Positions 43,011-58,119 of a stretch of 64,000 nt of DNA are shown in pieces. Within the stretch, counting starts at the first letter, position 1. Each line of letters opens with the position of its first letter. The stretch is from Octopus vulgaris (lineage: Eukaryota). The position numbers and the translations under genes are program-made. The notes under the pieces were generated by a model. It searched no databases. It saw nothing but the letters and a program-made list of their open reading frames with translations, and was not told the DNA's origin. Location: contig OX597815.1 of the NCBI GenBank assembly GCA_951406725.2, positions 146,878,001 to 146,942,000 of the forward strand, written 5' to 3'.

Positions 43011-44119
43011 ATAAAAGCTCAGGATAAATTTCCTGTAATGAAATTCGCATGCACTAGTTTAACAACAATAATAGTATATGCACACATTATTTGATATCGT
43101 AGATCCATTTGTTGGAGACAACAAAATACTTACTAGTGACGAGAATCCATAGAATTACATGAAATGAAATATATTTTCAATACCGATAGGACTGCAACTC
43201 CAAGTTTTGCCATAAACAGATTCTTTAACTGCTTGAATAAGCTAAGCTGAATTCCCAGTCACATCAAAATACACACACACACACACACACACAAATACAC
43301 ACATACACACACACTCACACACAGATACATATATATCTGTATATGTATGTATCTATGTATAAGTTTCTGTCCGAGTGTGTGCATGTGTATGTGTGAGTGT
43401 AAGCGTGCATGTGCGTATCTACGTACAAATACATATATTTATAATCAAGGCGTTCGTAGGACTTCTGTCAATACCAAACTCGTAAATCTTCTCTGTGAGG
43501 AAAAAAATACTGGAAACAAATACCGTTCAAATTTAGCTGGATCGAATGCCAACTTATTAAAAACCAAATTACTTTGTACCAAAATACTTCCAAACAATGA
43601 AACTATGAGAACAATGAAAATGTGTAACAAATTGGTTATATGAAAAAAAAAGGAAAAAAATCTCTTTATATTCTAATTTTTTTACACATATCTGGAGAGA
43701 GTAAACAAATTAAATAACAATGCTCTCTCATTATATATTGAAGTCAGGTCCGTAACAGGATTAATTTTCACAATATTTACACGTTTCACTGTTCACTATC
43801 GCGGAAACTGTTGCATGAAATGATACACGTATGCATACAAACACGCACTAACACACATACACATATACACACACGCACACATAAACTCGCTCATACACAC
43901 ACAAACAAAGACACACATATACACACACGAATGCACACTCATACATTCAAATGCACACGTGCACGCATGTAACTTGCATATTTTCATCAAAAACTGCTGT
44001 ATGTTTCGAACTGGAGATAATATAGAGGAATCTTTATCAATCAAGAACCGAGCTTTAACTTCCGGTGTTTTTCACTCATTTATTTCACGATGGATACTAG
44101 GTTTATTGTGAAGACAAGT

Positions 44120-44290
44120 GGGTTCATAGGTACGGGTATTCAGCTAACTATCTTAAGGTCGTGAGTTCAATTGCCGGCGGTGCATTGTCTCCCTTAGGTA
44201 AGACGATTTATTTCATATTGCTCCTGTGCACTCATATGAATTGAACCTGTATTTCAAAGGACCAGCCTTATTATATTTTGTGTGCAGTGT
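44120..44290 (+). mobile_element. Degraded tRNA-SINE
   Basis: B-box-like GAGTTCAATTGCC; tail CCTGTATTTCAAAGG shared with the reverse complement of 58270-58300. Confidence 0.55.
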
Positions 44291-44492
44291 ACTTATTAGC
44301 TTAGTAGTTCAAGGACATAGAATAATCTAAGACATTTCGAGCTTAAGCTCTTCCTCAGTACCTAAAAGGAATAAGGGTATTGGATTTAAGAAATAAAGGG
44401 ATGTGAACAATGCACGCACTCGCACACTCTCTCTCTCACACACAAAACACACACACACACACATATATATATATGTATGTATGTATATGTGC

Positions 44493-44535
<43 letters not shown>

Positions 44536-44536
<1 letters not shown>

Positions 44537-44693
44537 TTTTTATCTCCTTGTTTCTTTCTGTGTTCCTTTCTGTGGGAGAGCGTAGGCTCGAAACGTAAAA
44601 GACTTTTTCAATTTCCGAGCGTTATACTAATACATCTGTTTGTTTTCTACAGCACTTGTCTTCGTCTTTTGTTTTCTTCGGGAATACTCCCTA
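44536..44693 (+). mobile_element. Penelope-type pLTR fragment in (TA)n with minimal hammerhead-like motif at 44566-44601
   Basis: CTTT-CTGTGGGA-GAGC[GTAG]GCTC-GAAA-CG-TA-AAAG: intact stems I and II, palindromic CG stem III, degenerate CUGANGA. Confidence 0.6.
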
Positions 44694-44723
44694 TATATGT
44701 ATATATATGTATATATATGTATA

Positions 44724-44757
<34 letters not shown>

Positions 44758-45132
44758 AGCTTACTGTTAACAAGAATCGAGATGCGTGGCGTTCAGTTAC
44801 TCAATAAATAAAAATAAAATGCATTATATACTACAAAAAGTACACGGTCGAAAGAACATTTATGATGATCTGTTAGTCTACTGAATATAATGGGATTTTA
44901 CGGACAAAAGTTCGTCAATCCTTATAGGGTATTGTTTAGCAATCCTAACATTAACACTGAATGCATACACACACGCGTGAGTACAGACTTACACTCACAC
45001 ATGTATGCATACAAACATATATACATACATACATACATGCACACAAGAACACACACACACACACGTATATATATATGTGTGTGGGGGGGGGTGGGGGTGC
45101 ATGGTTGTATGTTAAAATAGAGAAGAGTGACA

Positions 45133-45169
<37 letters not shown>

Positions 45170-45715
45170 CTTATAGCCTAAAATGAATTACTTCTAAATA
45201 CCCTTACTTCGCGAATGCTTTATTCTGCAGCTCATTTTTGTTGAAGGCTGCATAGTTATGCATGTATGATTTGGTGCGTTAGCGTAGTTGTTTTTGCTCC
45301 TGTGTTTGTAAAAGTTGTATTTGTGAGATGTTTAAGTTTAGTATTCTCTCACTATACTTGTGTACATGTGAAGAATTGGCAGTCAGTTTGTGTGACGACA
45401 GCTCAATTAAATGCTGTTTAATTAGCCGTCACATATAGATGTCAATCTAGATAATTGCATTTAGCACATATTAAGGAATACAGATAAAATGAAAAACAAA
45501 CAGATCTATAGATACATTCGTTGAAATATAGATAGATAACGGATCTGAATGATACATAGAGAACTGCATATTAGGAGGAGCATGCAAATATACGCAAGTA
45601 TATACAGACTTCCTTTCTTTAGTACAATTAATAAAAAAATGTTTTTGTGATTTATTTTTGGTTGTTTCACACATATCTGTGCATCTGCTGTCTGCCTACC
45701 TACCTACCTACCTAC

Positions 45716-45774
<59 letters not shown>

Positions 45775-48700
45775 CCTACCTATCACACATACCCCCTAAT
45801 ACTCCTTACACACTTATGAAGCTAGTGGGTTCAAATAATCTTATACACAGTTTTATTCACATTATTGTGATCATTTTGATTACTATTAACCTAAAACCGA
45901 TTCATTTCATCTCTAATCTACCTAAAAGAACTCATCTCTATTCCTAGTTAGTGAATTTTGATGTGGTATGCTCTTCATGATTTAGGAAAGAGGGCAATCA
46001 AATAATGGATTTTTAAAAAAAGGCTTTGAGAATGAATGCCCAGTAGATTTCCTCTGGATTTTTATAACATATTCGCTTAGTCTTATTTTTGCGAACTATT
46101 TATTCATTTTCAATTAGAAAAAATGTCTACAGATTACATTGGGTGTCCCAAAAAGTGGAGAAAAACTACGTAATGATTTTAGGAGATATGTATAGTGGAC
46201 TTATGTAAAATATTTCTTGATAACTGCTTTCTAATTTGAACTCAATTTGTAAATATTTTAGAATTTCCAATGTGGTTGAGTAATTTACAACAAACTTTGA
46301 AAGTTGAAAAAGAGAAGAGTGCTACTAAATTACTATTCTTTGACAAAATAGTAATTAAAAGTAACATCAATATCACAAAGTATATATATCAAAACGACAG
46401 AGGATATTTTATCATGTCTTCCAGCAGATATAAAATTTAACATCCCAAACTGTCTTGCTAGATTTTGTACCGTAGAACTCGCAGGACTCGAAGAATTCTC
46501 CCCAAATTAAATATTCACCCCACTTATATAAAATAGTATAAATCATACGAAATGAAGCCCTATGCGGTATTGAGTAGCCCAAGAAAGAAGAACGGAAACC
46601 TTGCAACTTGTTCCGCTTGCAGTGACCCATTATACATATGACAATAATATTTTTACGTAACTATGTCAAGTGTTGTCTCTCATCACGCAATTAGATTAAA
46701 AAATTTAAAGAGTAATTGTTGAATTACAGGATATAATTACTAATTGAATACGTTTTCGAAAGGAAAAGTCCACCAAAAACCTTGAAAACTGTTGACCTTG
46801 GCAAAGTGTAATCTAAAGATGAAAAGTATCTAATTGCAACGATAAATATGGTTCTTGCAAATCATTTTAACAAACGCAGAAATAAACTGTAAGGGCATCA
46901 ACGCAATATACTGTAATAAATGCCTGAATTGTCGAAGAATATATATTTGATGGACTGAAAATTCATTATTACCATACATCAGAAAACTCCGTTTTCAGAT
47001 TGCTTACTTAAGCCCTCCGATCCCTATATTGCATAGGGTATAACTTTTCTCATCTGTTCCGTTTTTTCCTCTCCCAGGTTTTGTTAGTTTTGAACTGTCA
47101 CCGATGCTTCCGTAACTTTTTTTTGTTAGGTAGGGTTATTTGGCCCTAAGCAACCCTATTTTTACCTCTAAGAAGTGGTACTTGATACTAATCTTGCCTC
47201 CACCTTTTGATATGTTCAACATTTGAGGCCCATTTGAGCTTGTACCGTGTTGGTATAACTCCCAGGGTCATTGAGACACACAAGCCAACGCTCTGCAATA
47301 GCCCCAGATTAAGAACATACATGAAAAGCGCAACATTTTAAGTATTCATATAGAAACCAGCTGCAAAAATAATTCTTAATGTTCTCAATAAAATTTATAA
47401 CACAAACGAAGCTTTAAAAAGAGCAAATGAAATGAGAGTCATTGAGTATTTGAAAGTAGATGTGAATTGATTGCAATGTTGATATGAATTTTGGTTTCGT
47501 TTGAAAATATTCACTCAAGACTAGTGTAATATTGTAAGCATTATTTACCTTTGACAATACAATAAAGCCAGACGGTCGTAGTCACTGTTAGTAGACAAAT
47601 GTAAATATTCATTTAAATATTCACCTAGCTATAATTGCAATGTAAATATTTACGCAAATATAACTCTTTATAAAAAATTACTGTGGGAATTGTAAAAACA
47701 TGAAAGTACTTCAGTAAATACAGAAATTAGAATGAATAAAAATTGTGAAAACTCGACTAAACTGGAGTTTGATTGTCATATATAAATTTTTATATTAACG
47801 GACACACCCATACACATATTCACATGTGTGTGTCTGTGCGCGTGTGTGTGTGTGTATGTGCGTTTGTGTGTGTGTGGTCGTCGTTGGCTATAGCGAACTT
47901 GATTAAAGTTACTCAATACCAGGACATACGAGAATAATTCATTTCAGCGGATCCAGTTCACTGCTAAACTACGGTTTCTTTAGCACCCTCTCGTTTAATA
48001 GGAATTACAAATTGGATCATGCCTTCCTCTATGCGTGCACGTTTATAATTTCCAAATAACAGATTGGATATCAAGAAAGCAATATTGTGTAAATCAAATT
48101 GATCATCTGAAATCAATTAAACGTATGTGTATATGTCCGCATGTATGTGTTTGTGTGTGTGTATGTGTTTGTGTGTGTTTGTGTGTGTATGTATGTATGT
48201 ATGTGTGCGTGGTGGAAGTCATTTTTTTCCGAGTATGTCTACTTCTTGGAACGTTGTTTCTTGGTTGTCTTCACAGAAGCTTGATAAGAGAAAACAATCG
48301 CCATTCGTCGTGGTACTGATTACCATTTTTCGAATTAGGCAGGGTTTGTTTAGACTACCTTTTCTATATTCTTCGTAATAGCATGTAAGCAGTGCTACTT
48401 CCAGAAAGGTTTGCCTGGTTAATCTACGGGCTGCAAACTCCCTCTATCGCCATAATTTGAAAAAGAAACGACCAATATCTCAAACCGACCCAATGCAGAT
48501 TTACATTTATATACTTTCTGATGGTCAATGTTGGAATGTTCTATTGTTCCCTATGGCCGCACGAGGCTTTTCCGTTGTCTGTTTTCCAAGAATTTCTTCT
48601 GTGTGGAGTTGATTATATTAAGTAAAACAAGCACAGAACTGTATTCACCTTTTATAGAAAACGTGTTTCCCTACGGTGGCACAACATACGCAACAACGAC

Positions 48701-48884
48701 CTGATGTTGTATGATACTTACTTTTACATTAGAATGTCGTACCTCTACACACATTTCCAAGCTAAGACTAGGGGTCCTTTTAGGATTCTACCAGCCCTCC
48801 TCATCAGATACGCCTAGCGGTGATGGGATGGAACCGGTTTTGTTACCGACCACTCAACTATGCAACATGTTGTATTGAAATATA

Positions 48885-50141
48885 CGAGGGGCGTTCAATA
48901 AGTAATGCTCCTGACCCACTTGCAGTCATTTGATCTAGCTGAACTTTTGCATGTACAATTATTTATATCTTTATAGATTAAGTGGCAAATTACAGCTCTG
49001 AACTAATTGTGGTTTCTGATTTACAGGTGTTTGAACTGAGTCAGGTGTGAAATGGAGCCTGTTGAGTGTCGAGCAGTGATCCGGTTTTTGTATTTAAAAG
49101 AACGCACACCACGGGAGACTTTTGATGAAATGAAAGTAACTTATGGTAATGATGCCTCATCATATGACCTTGTAAAACGCTGGCATCGTGATTTCAAATA
49201 TGGTCGGAACTCTGTGGAAACAGCTCCCAGATCTGGTCGCCCCCTTCTGCCATTGATGAGGCATCTGTCCGTCATGTTGAGGCTGCCATTTTGGAAGATC
49301 GACGCATAACTATTCGCCAAATAGCCCATGAGGTCAAGATTAGTACCGGGTCTGTGGAAACTATCATTCATGACCATTTGCATATGCAAAAGGTGTCTGC
49401 CAGATGGATTCCCAGGCTGCTCACATATTTCCGGAAGCAAGAACGTGTCGATTGCTCGAGGATGAATTTGGAGATGTGCCGAGAAGATGAGTCAAAATTT
49501 TTCAAAAGACTGATTACACAGGATGAAACCTGGGTCCATCACTATGATCCAGAGACTAAAAGCCCAGTCAATGCAGTGGACACACCGTGACTCACCTCCT
49601 CCAAAGAAGGCAAGGGTGCAGCCCTCTGCTGGCAAGGTCATGCTCACAGTCTTCTGGGACCAGGACGGAGTACTGATGACAGATTTCCTGGCAAAGGGTG
49701 CCACAATTACAGGAGCCTATTATGCTTCACTTTTGAGGAAATTAAGAGAAGCTATCAAAATCAAGAGGCGGGGCAAGATCAGCAAAGGCATCCTCCTCTT
49801 GCAGGACAACGCTCCGGTTCACAACTCGCGTGTCGCCAGATCAGAAGCACAGGCGTGCGGCTATGAACTCATCCCCCATCCCCCCTACTCTCCTGACCTT
49901 GCACCCTCTGATTTTCACCTCTTCCCAGCCATGAAGTTGTTTTTGAAAGGAAAGCATTTCCCAGATGATGCAGCCTTGATTTCTGAAGTCACGTCGTGGC
50001 TGGAGGACCAAGCTGGGGTCTTCTACAAAAACGGTCTTCAGAGCTGCATCAAACGATGTGAGAAATGCGTAACTCTGGTTGGTTCCTATGTCTACTGCTA
50101 TGGGAAGTGGGTCAGGGGCATTACTTATTGAACGCCCCTCG
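48885..50141 (+). mobile_element. Mariner DNA transposon copy 2 (1257 bp), DD34D transposase with two frameshifts and a 3' deletion
   Basis: TA flanks; same TIRs as copy 1; WIPRLL, ITQDETW and QDNAP...YSPDLAPSD with 34 residues between the second and third Asp. Confidence 0.97.
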
Positions 50142-50268
50142 TATGGTGCCAGTAGCCTTTATGCGCGACCAGTGTGTATTCATATATATATTCCTACATA
50201 CATACGTATATATATATATATATATATATATACCTGCGTGCCTGTATACATACATAAATACATGCTTT

Positions 50269-50316
<48 letters not shown>

Positions 50317-52450
50317 CATACATACATACATACATACGTACATACATACATACATACACACATGCATAAATGCTTATATACATCCATGCATAGAAGTAAA
50401 TGGATCTTTGTCAGTTTTGGCGACTGATTTCAGTTATTCAATAAAATAAACTACCTTCTCATTGAATCAGCTTGTAATTGGATGAATATTTCACAGACAC
50501 GTGTACCTTTAAGCGTAATCTCAAGGAGAATCTGCACGATATAGTATACGATATGTTTGAAATACAGTTACAATCCATCCGATAAGCATCCATACAGTTT
50601 CCCTCGACGCACTTTGACTCACTGAAATTAATTCGTCTTGAGGATATGAAAGAAACTTGCCGAATATGCTATAGCACGCGATGAAGTTAGGGGCATCGCA
50701 ACTGTAAAGTAAACTTCCTACGAATTCACGTGTCCCAAACATTAAAAACACACGCACGAAGAAAAGTACATACAGTAATATACACACATACACACAGTTA
50801 TATACATGCATGTACATGCATATGCATATTTGCATACCAACAAATACATGTACAAAACTACATGCATACGTAGATACCGTAGAGACATATTATACGCACA
50901 TGCGTAGATGAATAGTAATACGCATACATGCATTTATATAATGAAACTCTTCGGAAGAATATTCCTGTGTATACAAATTTATGTAGCCACAGTGATGTGG
51001 AGTACATAATCACGTGTAATGTAAAGGAATTGTATTAGAATGTCCCAGTCAAGAGTTCAATAAAATCTATGCTTAACAAACTAGACAGAATGATATGGGA
51101 CTTGAAAGGTAATTACGCTCAAGAATTGAAATCTTTTGCCCAGCAGAGGTCAACATAACGTTAAATATTTGTGAAAAAGAAAAATATTCATTTTCAATTT
51201 GTGATTAATCCATCCTGTCTATAGCTTTAGCTTTTCACCAATACTTATTACAGTATTTGGTTATGTGACTACACAGTACCTATCTCGAGAGACTGGGATT
51301 CACAAAAAAAAACAAAAAACAAATGTATAAAGAGGTTACAAAAACAAACTATCAAAGGAAGTGTCAAACTATATAAAACATTTAAGAAGTTCACCATGTA
51401 ATAAAATTCACGTATAGAATGAAATCTTTGCCCGCACCCTTGTACACATGTATTGATATACATATGCATGTATATAAATGCATGTGTACATGCTTGTGCC
51501 CACGCGTACAGGAAAGGAAACATTCATGTATGCATAGCTACGTGCATATATATAAAATTAGTGTGTTGGTATTGTCTCAATTCCAACAAAAGGTCATGTT
51601 TCTAGGCTAGAAACTGGATCTTTATTCATTGGTGAGAATTTCGGAATATAACAACGAGAAAGTATGCACACAAGACTACCTCTCTGATGTTATCGAAATT
51701 CCAATGGTAGAGCCGGCTTTCTTCTTTCTGGATAAGAAACTAACTTCTTCCTTATCGAAGCATAATTTGTAAATTGAAACCAGATGAAAATACACATACA
51801 AATCTAAGTCCAGATAGATATATTGAAGATGAAAACATCGAAATCATACTTTCTACTATACTGACAGAATAAGAGAGATAATTTATCTATTTTGTGCCTG
51901 CACTGCCAGAAAATAATGAGGTCAATGACCTCTGATATCATTGACGCTTCTCTTATATTATAACAATATCCAATCTTCATGTTGAATATTTATGATAAAT
52001 TCTCAGCATCATCTCCATGTAACCGTCCCTGTGTTATTTTTTTCTTTCAGTTTTATTCTACTATATATGTACACATAATATATGTTATCAGTAGTTTCAT
52101 GAACAGTAATGCGATTGCTGTTTTTTTACATTGACCATATTATTATGTAGTAAAGAAAAGATTATTTCATATTTATGCATGAGGTCAACGATTTGAGGGA
52201 GAAACATTGTCGATTACATATACCCCAGTGCATGCCTGGTACGCTATTTTATAGATATCGAAAAAATATAAAGTAAAATCTATCAAATTAGGCAAGGCAT
52301 TTTTCTGATGCGCTAATGATTCTGCCATATCAGATAATAATGTTTCTTCGCTATCATGTGTTTCAAACAAACTATATGCATCAAGCAAATGTTCAGTAAC
52401 TTAGAATGCCTAGAAGGGTAGTAATGCACACACACACACACGCACACACA

Positions 52451-52529
<79 letters not shown>

Positions 52530-52701
52530 ACATATAAATATATATATATATATATTAAGAAAAGGGAAGCAGGAAGGATTTTTGATAATTCTTTATTAGC
52601 GCTTTCATCTATTCATGAGGATTTTTCAAAATAAAATAAATTTTATAGGAAGTTCCTTGGTTTTTATACAAATAGAAAGGAGAAGAGGAGAAAGAGAGGT
52701 G

Positions 52702-52780
<79 letters not shown>

Positions 52781-53577
52781 GTGTGTGTGTATATATGTGT
52801 GTGTGTATATGTATTGTGATAGTTTTATATATATATATATATATATACGCATTCAGAGAAAGAGACGAGAGAGTGTGAAGGAGAGTGAAGGAAAAAGAAA
52901 GATGGGGTTGTGTAAGTGTAAATGATTGCATGTGAGTGCGTTAGTTTGAAGTGGAATAGGGAATTGCTACATTAATAAGGGAACTGGAACATGGAATATT
53001 TAACGGATCCTATTCCTTGAGAACCTCATTACGGCGCCATATTACCATATAATCAATTGTTTTACATTACTTCTTTCGCAAGTCTTTCCTCTTTTTTTTT
53101 TTTATTACACGTTGACTAGAGATTTCAGTTTTGTTGATATTGTTGTTGGCTACCACCTTGGATCTTATTTAACTCCCGAACAACTCTGATTGAGGAGATG
53201 AAGGCTAAAGAACATCCCAGCTGATGACAAGATCGTTATCTGTATATGTCCGCGTGCATGTACATACATGCATGCTACATACATACATACATACATACAT
53301 ACATACTTACATACATACATACATACATACATTCATACATACATACATACATACATACATACATACATACATACATACATTCATACATACATTCATACAT
53401 ACCCTGTTGACGTTGTTGAAATTCCAATGAAAGAACCTTGCCTCTTGGATAGAAATCGGCTCTTTCTCTATCGACAAGAAATCTTGAAGTAAAAGCGAAT
53501 AATGACATACATACGCAAACACATACACACATGCACAAACACAGATACACACACGCAAACACACAGAGCACACAGAG

Positions 53578-53619
<42 letters not shown>

Positions 53620-55169
53620 GTTAATCATGTTTAAATTGCGTGACAAATCACGAGCACTTAGAACTCCATGTGTTTTCCTTCGTGTAATTGTATTTCTATT
53701 ACATATTATGAATCCAAAGTTGGGGTATCCTGCAGAGTACATATAGAATATGAAACAAAGTGTAAAAACTTCTAACGCTTTGGCGCACCCCACTGCGTAT
53801 ATGTGTGTGCATGTGTGCGCATGTACATAAGCAAATTACATACATCAGTTTGGGTCTCATATACAAAATATGTACATCAAACCTGAAGCTGTTATATTTA
53901 AATTATTTATCTGCTTAATTGCCTCTATTTCTGCTCAGCTGGATTCCTTTTATAGCAACTCTTTACCCTGCAGAAGTGGTTACACATAAAGACATCAGAT
54001 TCTAAGTTCCACTCATTTAAGAGCTATAATGTTTTTTTTTTTCTATACCGAGAATCTCTGGATCTCATCTCTTGACTATATATGTATATATATATAGACA
54101 CACACAAAGTCTCCTTTGATAATTTAAGACGTTAAAATGTGGTCTGAGAGAGATTTACTCAGTATGTCTGGCAGACCGTGTGATCACGTAATCGGTCTCT
54201 TCTTCGTGTGTACATTTGTTTCGTTCTTGATAAGAAATTGTTTCATTGCTCATTGAACTCTCACCGAAGTCTCATTTCAAAAATTTACATTTTGGAGTGT
54301 AACTGTATCTTTCCGTTTCAATACCTATACATAGAAGTGAATCAGACAGTGATATTTAAACTAGCTTAACTTTACTTAACGGCGTGTATGAGGGAAAGTG
54401 GTGGTGAAGATTTTGCGTCGTCAGTCATGTGTTATAGTAGGTGAGTTTCGGAGTTACAAACGAGGGACTTGGGTAGGATTAATGAAGACATAGGGCAAGC
54501 GGTTGGGTTTGATAGGTCATTATTCCTGAGAAACTGTGTTCGCATACAATAAAATGATTGTAGGGGGCTGTCAGTGAGTTGGTCTGTCATTTGTGATATG
54601 TGTAGTTCTTTATATGAATGATGGTAACTGGAGTCACAAGTGAGGCTGGAGTGGGATTTTGATAACTGCTAATGATATGGTGATCAACAAAGAAGGTAAT
54701 AGTTTGAAGTCAAGGGATTGAGAAGATGTTCAAAGGAGAAAACGAAAAGAGAACGGCATAATAACACAAAGACATAATGAGTAAGAATGAGTGGGGAAAT
54801 GAGAGAAATAGAAAGTGAATGGAGAAGGTAATGGATAAATAAATAAATAAAACGAATAAATAAAACGTGAAAGAAAGGATCACATGGCAGAGGGGACAAT
54901 GGTGGGTAAATATGAAATATGAAATACGAAAGCGATGATGATGATTATGTTGTTGGTGATATTCATTGAAAAGAAGCCAGTTTATTGGTCGAACAGAAGG
55001 TTTATTGAATGCCTTCTTCGGAATGGCTTCTCAGATAGCAGTTTTAGGAGATATTCCACTTGCCGATGTAAAGGAATAATCTGTTTGTACCGCGTAAGAA
55101 GTCGACGATCAACGGCTTGCAGGAAACTAATATAATTTATTGGTTGGAATGAAGAAATCCTAGATTTGT

Positions 55170-55420
55170 ATTTCATATATCACCATGATAAAGACAACAT
55201 CTATCTGCTTTTCATATATCACTGTGGTGAAGTTAACACAAATGCATGTTTCGTTATCGTTATAAAGACAACATTTATTCATGTTTCATTATCACTGTGT
55301 TGAAGATAAACGTTGAGGCATGTTCCAGCTATGTTGTATTTGTTATAAAGACAACTTTTATCCATATATCATATATAGTGATGAAGACAACAATTATCTA
55401 TGTTGCATCAGTGTAACGAT
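55170..55420. repeat. Degenerate minisatellite (~35-45-bp units, (A/G)AAGACAACA...ATCAC motifs)
   Basis: ATAAAGACAAC and TGAAG units alternate. Confidence 0.6.
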
Positions 55421-55614
55421 GGATGTTCGAAAGAAAGTTGACGTATTTGAATCAAATTTGAATTTTTTTATACACTGTTATTCGCCGCTAAAATGGCTTT
55501 ATTAATTTTAGGATCAATTATACCATAAGAATACGATACAAAATTTAAATAAATGCAACATAGAAGAAAGGTTGACGAAGAAAACAAAATGAAATAATAT
55601 TCTATTCATATCAT

Positions 55615-55649
<35 letters not shown>

Positions 55650-55859
55650 CCTCTTTTCATGACAATCAATTCATCCTTCCATTTCAATGTGTAATATTCC
55701 CTTGGAGAATTATATTTCGTGATAATAAAGGATTAAAAAAAATACTTGTTGTTAACAGAAATCAGGGCAGTTGGCAACACCCTCACACACGAAAATCACA
55801 CACATGTCACAAACTCGCACACAAAATAATACTCACACACATACAGACACGTACAGAAC

Positions 55860-56030
55860 AGTTTGGTATATAAAGTCTACTTTCTGCGCAGACTCCATGT
55901 ACTAAATTTAACTCACAAGACATTGATCACCAAGACCTGAAAACCCTTGCCTAAGGTATAGTATAGTGGGAGGAACTTTAATCATGTGGTTCCAAATCGA
56001 ATTCCTTAACTACATAGCCACGCCGGCCTG
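55860..56030 (-). mobile_element. tRNA-derived SINE 5' part
   Basis: AAATTTAACTCACAAGACATTG...CTTGCCTAAGG...CCTTAACTACATAGCCACGCC (A-box-like on minus). Confidence 0.65.
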
Positions 56031-56076
56031 CGCTTATATATTTTTGTGTGTGCATTTGTGTTTGTGTGCATGCATG

Positions 56077-56134
<58 letters not shown>

Positions 56135-56806
56135 ATATATTTAGCTACATAGATACATATAGATATATGCATGTTTGCATATATTTGTATCTGTGTGTGT
56201 GCCTATATGTATGCATATTAACTAAAACCTGTTTCCATAGATATTTTTCCGCAATAAATATAGAGCTGCAGATAAAAGAAAAAAATGTTATCTAATAAAC
56301 AGACATGTAAGGATATATATAGCAGATGCACTACCATGAACGAAAATTAAATTCAAATTAAATAGCAATTTAATTAATTTTATTACTGCGTACTTCAATG
56401 TACGCGAGATTACATTACTTATATATCAAGCACGTAATCATAGATCCACAAAACATATACATATTTCAGTAATAAAGGTTTGGCTATATTCAGATATAAA
56501 CAAACAAACAAAAAAAAAAAGATTATACGAAGCTCAGGTGAAGAGTTGGTCAGAAGAGGAAATTATGGCTTCGAAGCAATGTATTACGCATATTTGAAAC
56601 GTTTTCATGTTGATATGTCGTTCCTTATAGAAGCAAAAATGTCATTCTTTCCCCGCAAAATTGCACTTCGTAGTTCAAGTCTCCGATGAAGCTATGAAGT
56701 GTTATTCAGGCAGTTAATTATGAGTCCACTGCATCTAATAGCAGAAATAACTGTAAGGTGATGAAGTTCATAAGATAATCATCCATTCCTTTGTCATCGC
56801 TTTTTC

Positions 56807-56899
<93 letters not shown>

Positions 56900-56901
<2 letters not shown>

Positions 56902-57024
56902 ATTCATAAATCTCTGAATGTAAACAGTAACTGCTCGACAACGTAAAGTATACTAGCCATCTCAATATGGCTAAACACACCCTTAGTGTTTAGCCATATT
57001 GAGATGGCTAGTATACTTTACGTT
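56900..57024 (+). mobile_element. PLE-type fragment in (TA)n: degenerate hammerhead then perfect 39-bp fold-back (56940-56978 / 56986-57024)
   Basis: Perfect inverted repeat with 7-nt loop; preceded by CTGAATGTA-AACAG[TAA]CTGCT-C-GACAA-CG-TA-AAG. Confidence 0.6.
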
Positions 57025-57064
57025 ATATATATATATATTTATATATGACTGAAACAAGTAAAGA

Positions 57065-57107
<43 letters not shown>

Positions 57108-57431
57108 TAAAACAAATAAGGAGTATATATATATATATATACATACAAATATATATACATACATATATGTATATACATATATATATATATATATATATGC
57201 AAATATATACATCAGACAGTTTGTTTTTGGGTCAAGTTAAATAATAAGAAAACACACAGTTTAACATTAAACTGAAGGATTAATCAGCACCCTCACCCCC
57301 CTTTTCGTGGAATACATTTTCATTAAACTTTTTGAATGAAAAGTTTGAGAGTGACTTCAAAGTTTCTCGCCTTCAACAGGTTGTTTGAAGCCATGTATGT
57401 GAGTACGCGTGCATGTGTATGTGTGTGTGTT

Positions 57432-57468
<37 letters not shown>

Positions 57469-57849
57469 GCGTGCGTGTGTGTGTGTGTATTACGTATGTA
57501 TTGAGTTATAAACTAAGGCATACAGTGATGGATAGAGGTGTTTATTAGTGTTGTAAAAGGAAAGAAAAAAACTTTGTGGTGATAATGATTACTGAAGATC
57601 GGCTGCTAAAGCTTATTAGTTCATATCGTTAAATGTTACGTTAAACTTGTGAAATTTCTGCTATTCTATAACTCTGATAAAAACTAAGAATGTTCAGTGA
57701 CCGATATAGAAACAGAAGACATAATATTACAGGCCAAACAACTAATATGTAAATTGATAGGTACACAGACAGACACACACACTCACACATACGCAGAGAT
57801 AGATAGCTAAATAGATTGATAGAAATGTAGATAGATAGACAGACAGACT

Positions 57850-57912
<63 letters not shown>

Positions 57913-58119
57913 GGATAGATTGATAGATAGATAGATATATAGATAGATAGATATATAGATAGAAATGAAGGGAGGAGGTAAGAAAGAGAGACTGCAGAAG
58001 TAGTATTGTCGATATACTTTGTTAAAAGATAGAACTAACATCGAGCAATAATAATAGCTGCGATGACATTTGCACTAACGCAAATTTTGCATCTTCTCAA
58101 TTATGTATGTAATTTAGAA

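Noticed and set aside
46135-46633. Possible Tc1/mariner-like remnant starting CATTGGGTGTCCCAAAAAG
   Set aside because: No convincing matching right TIR or transposase motif
48720-48830. CTGATGA on minus strand and a GTAAGT donor
   Set aside because: No compatible stem II/GAAA geometry for a hammerhead; all frames closed for an exon
54380-54690. Possible very old Penelope GIY-YIG remnant on minus strand
   Set aside because: Too degraded to support by eye
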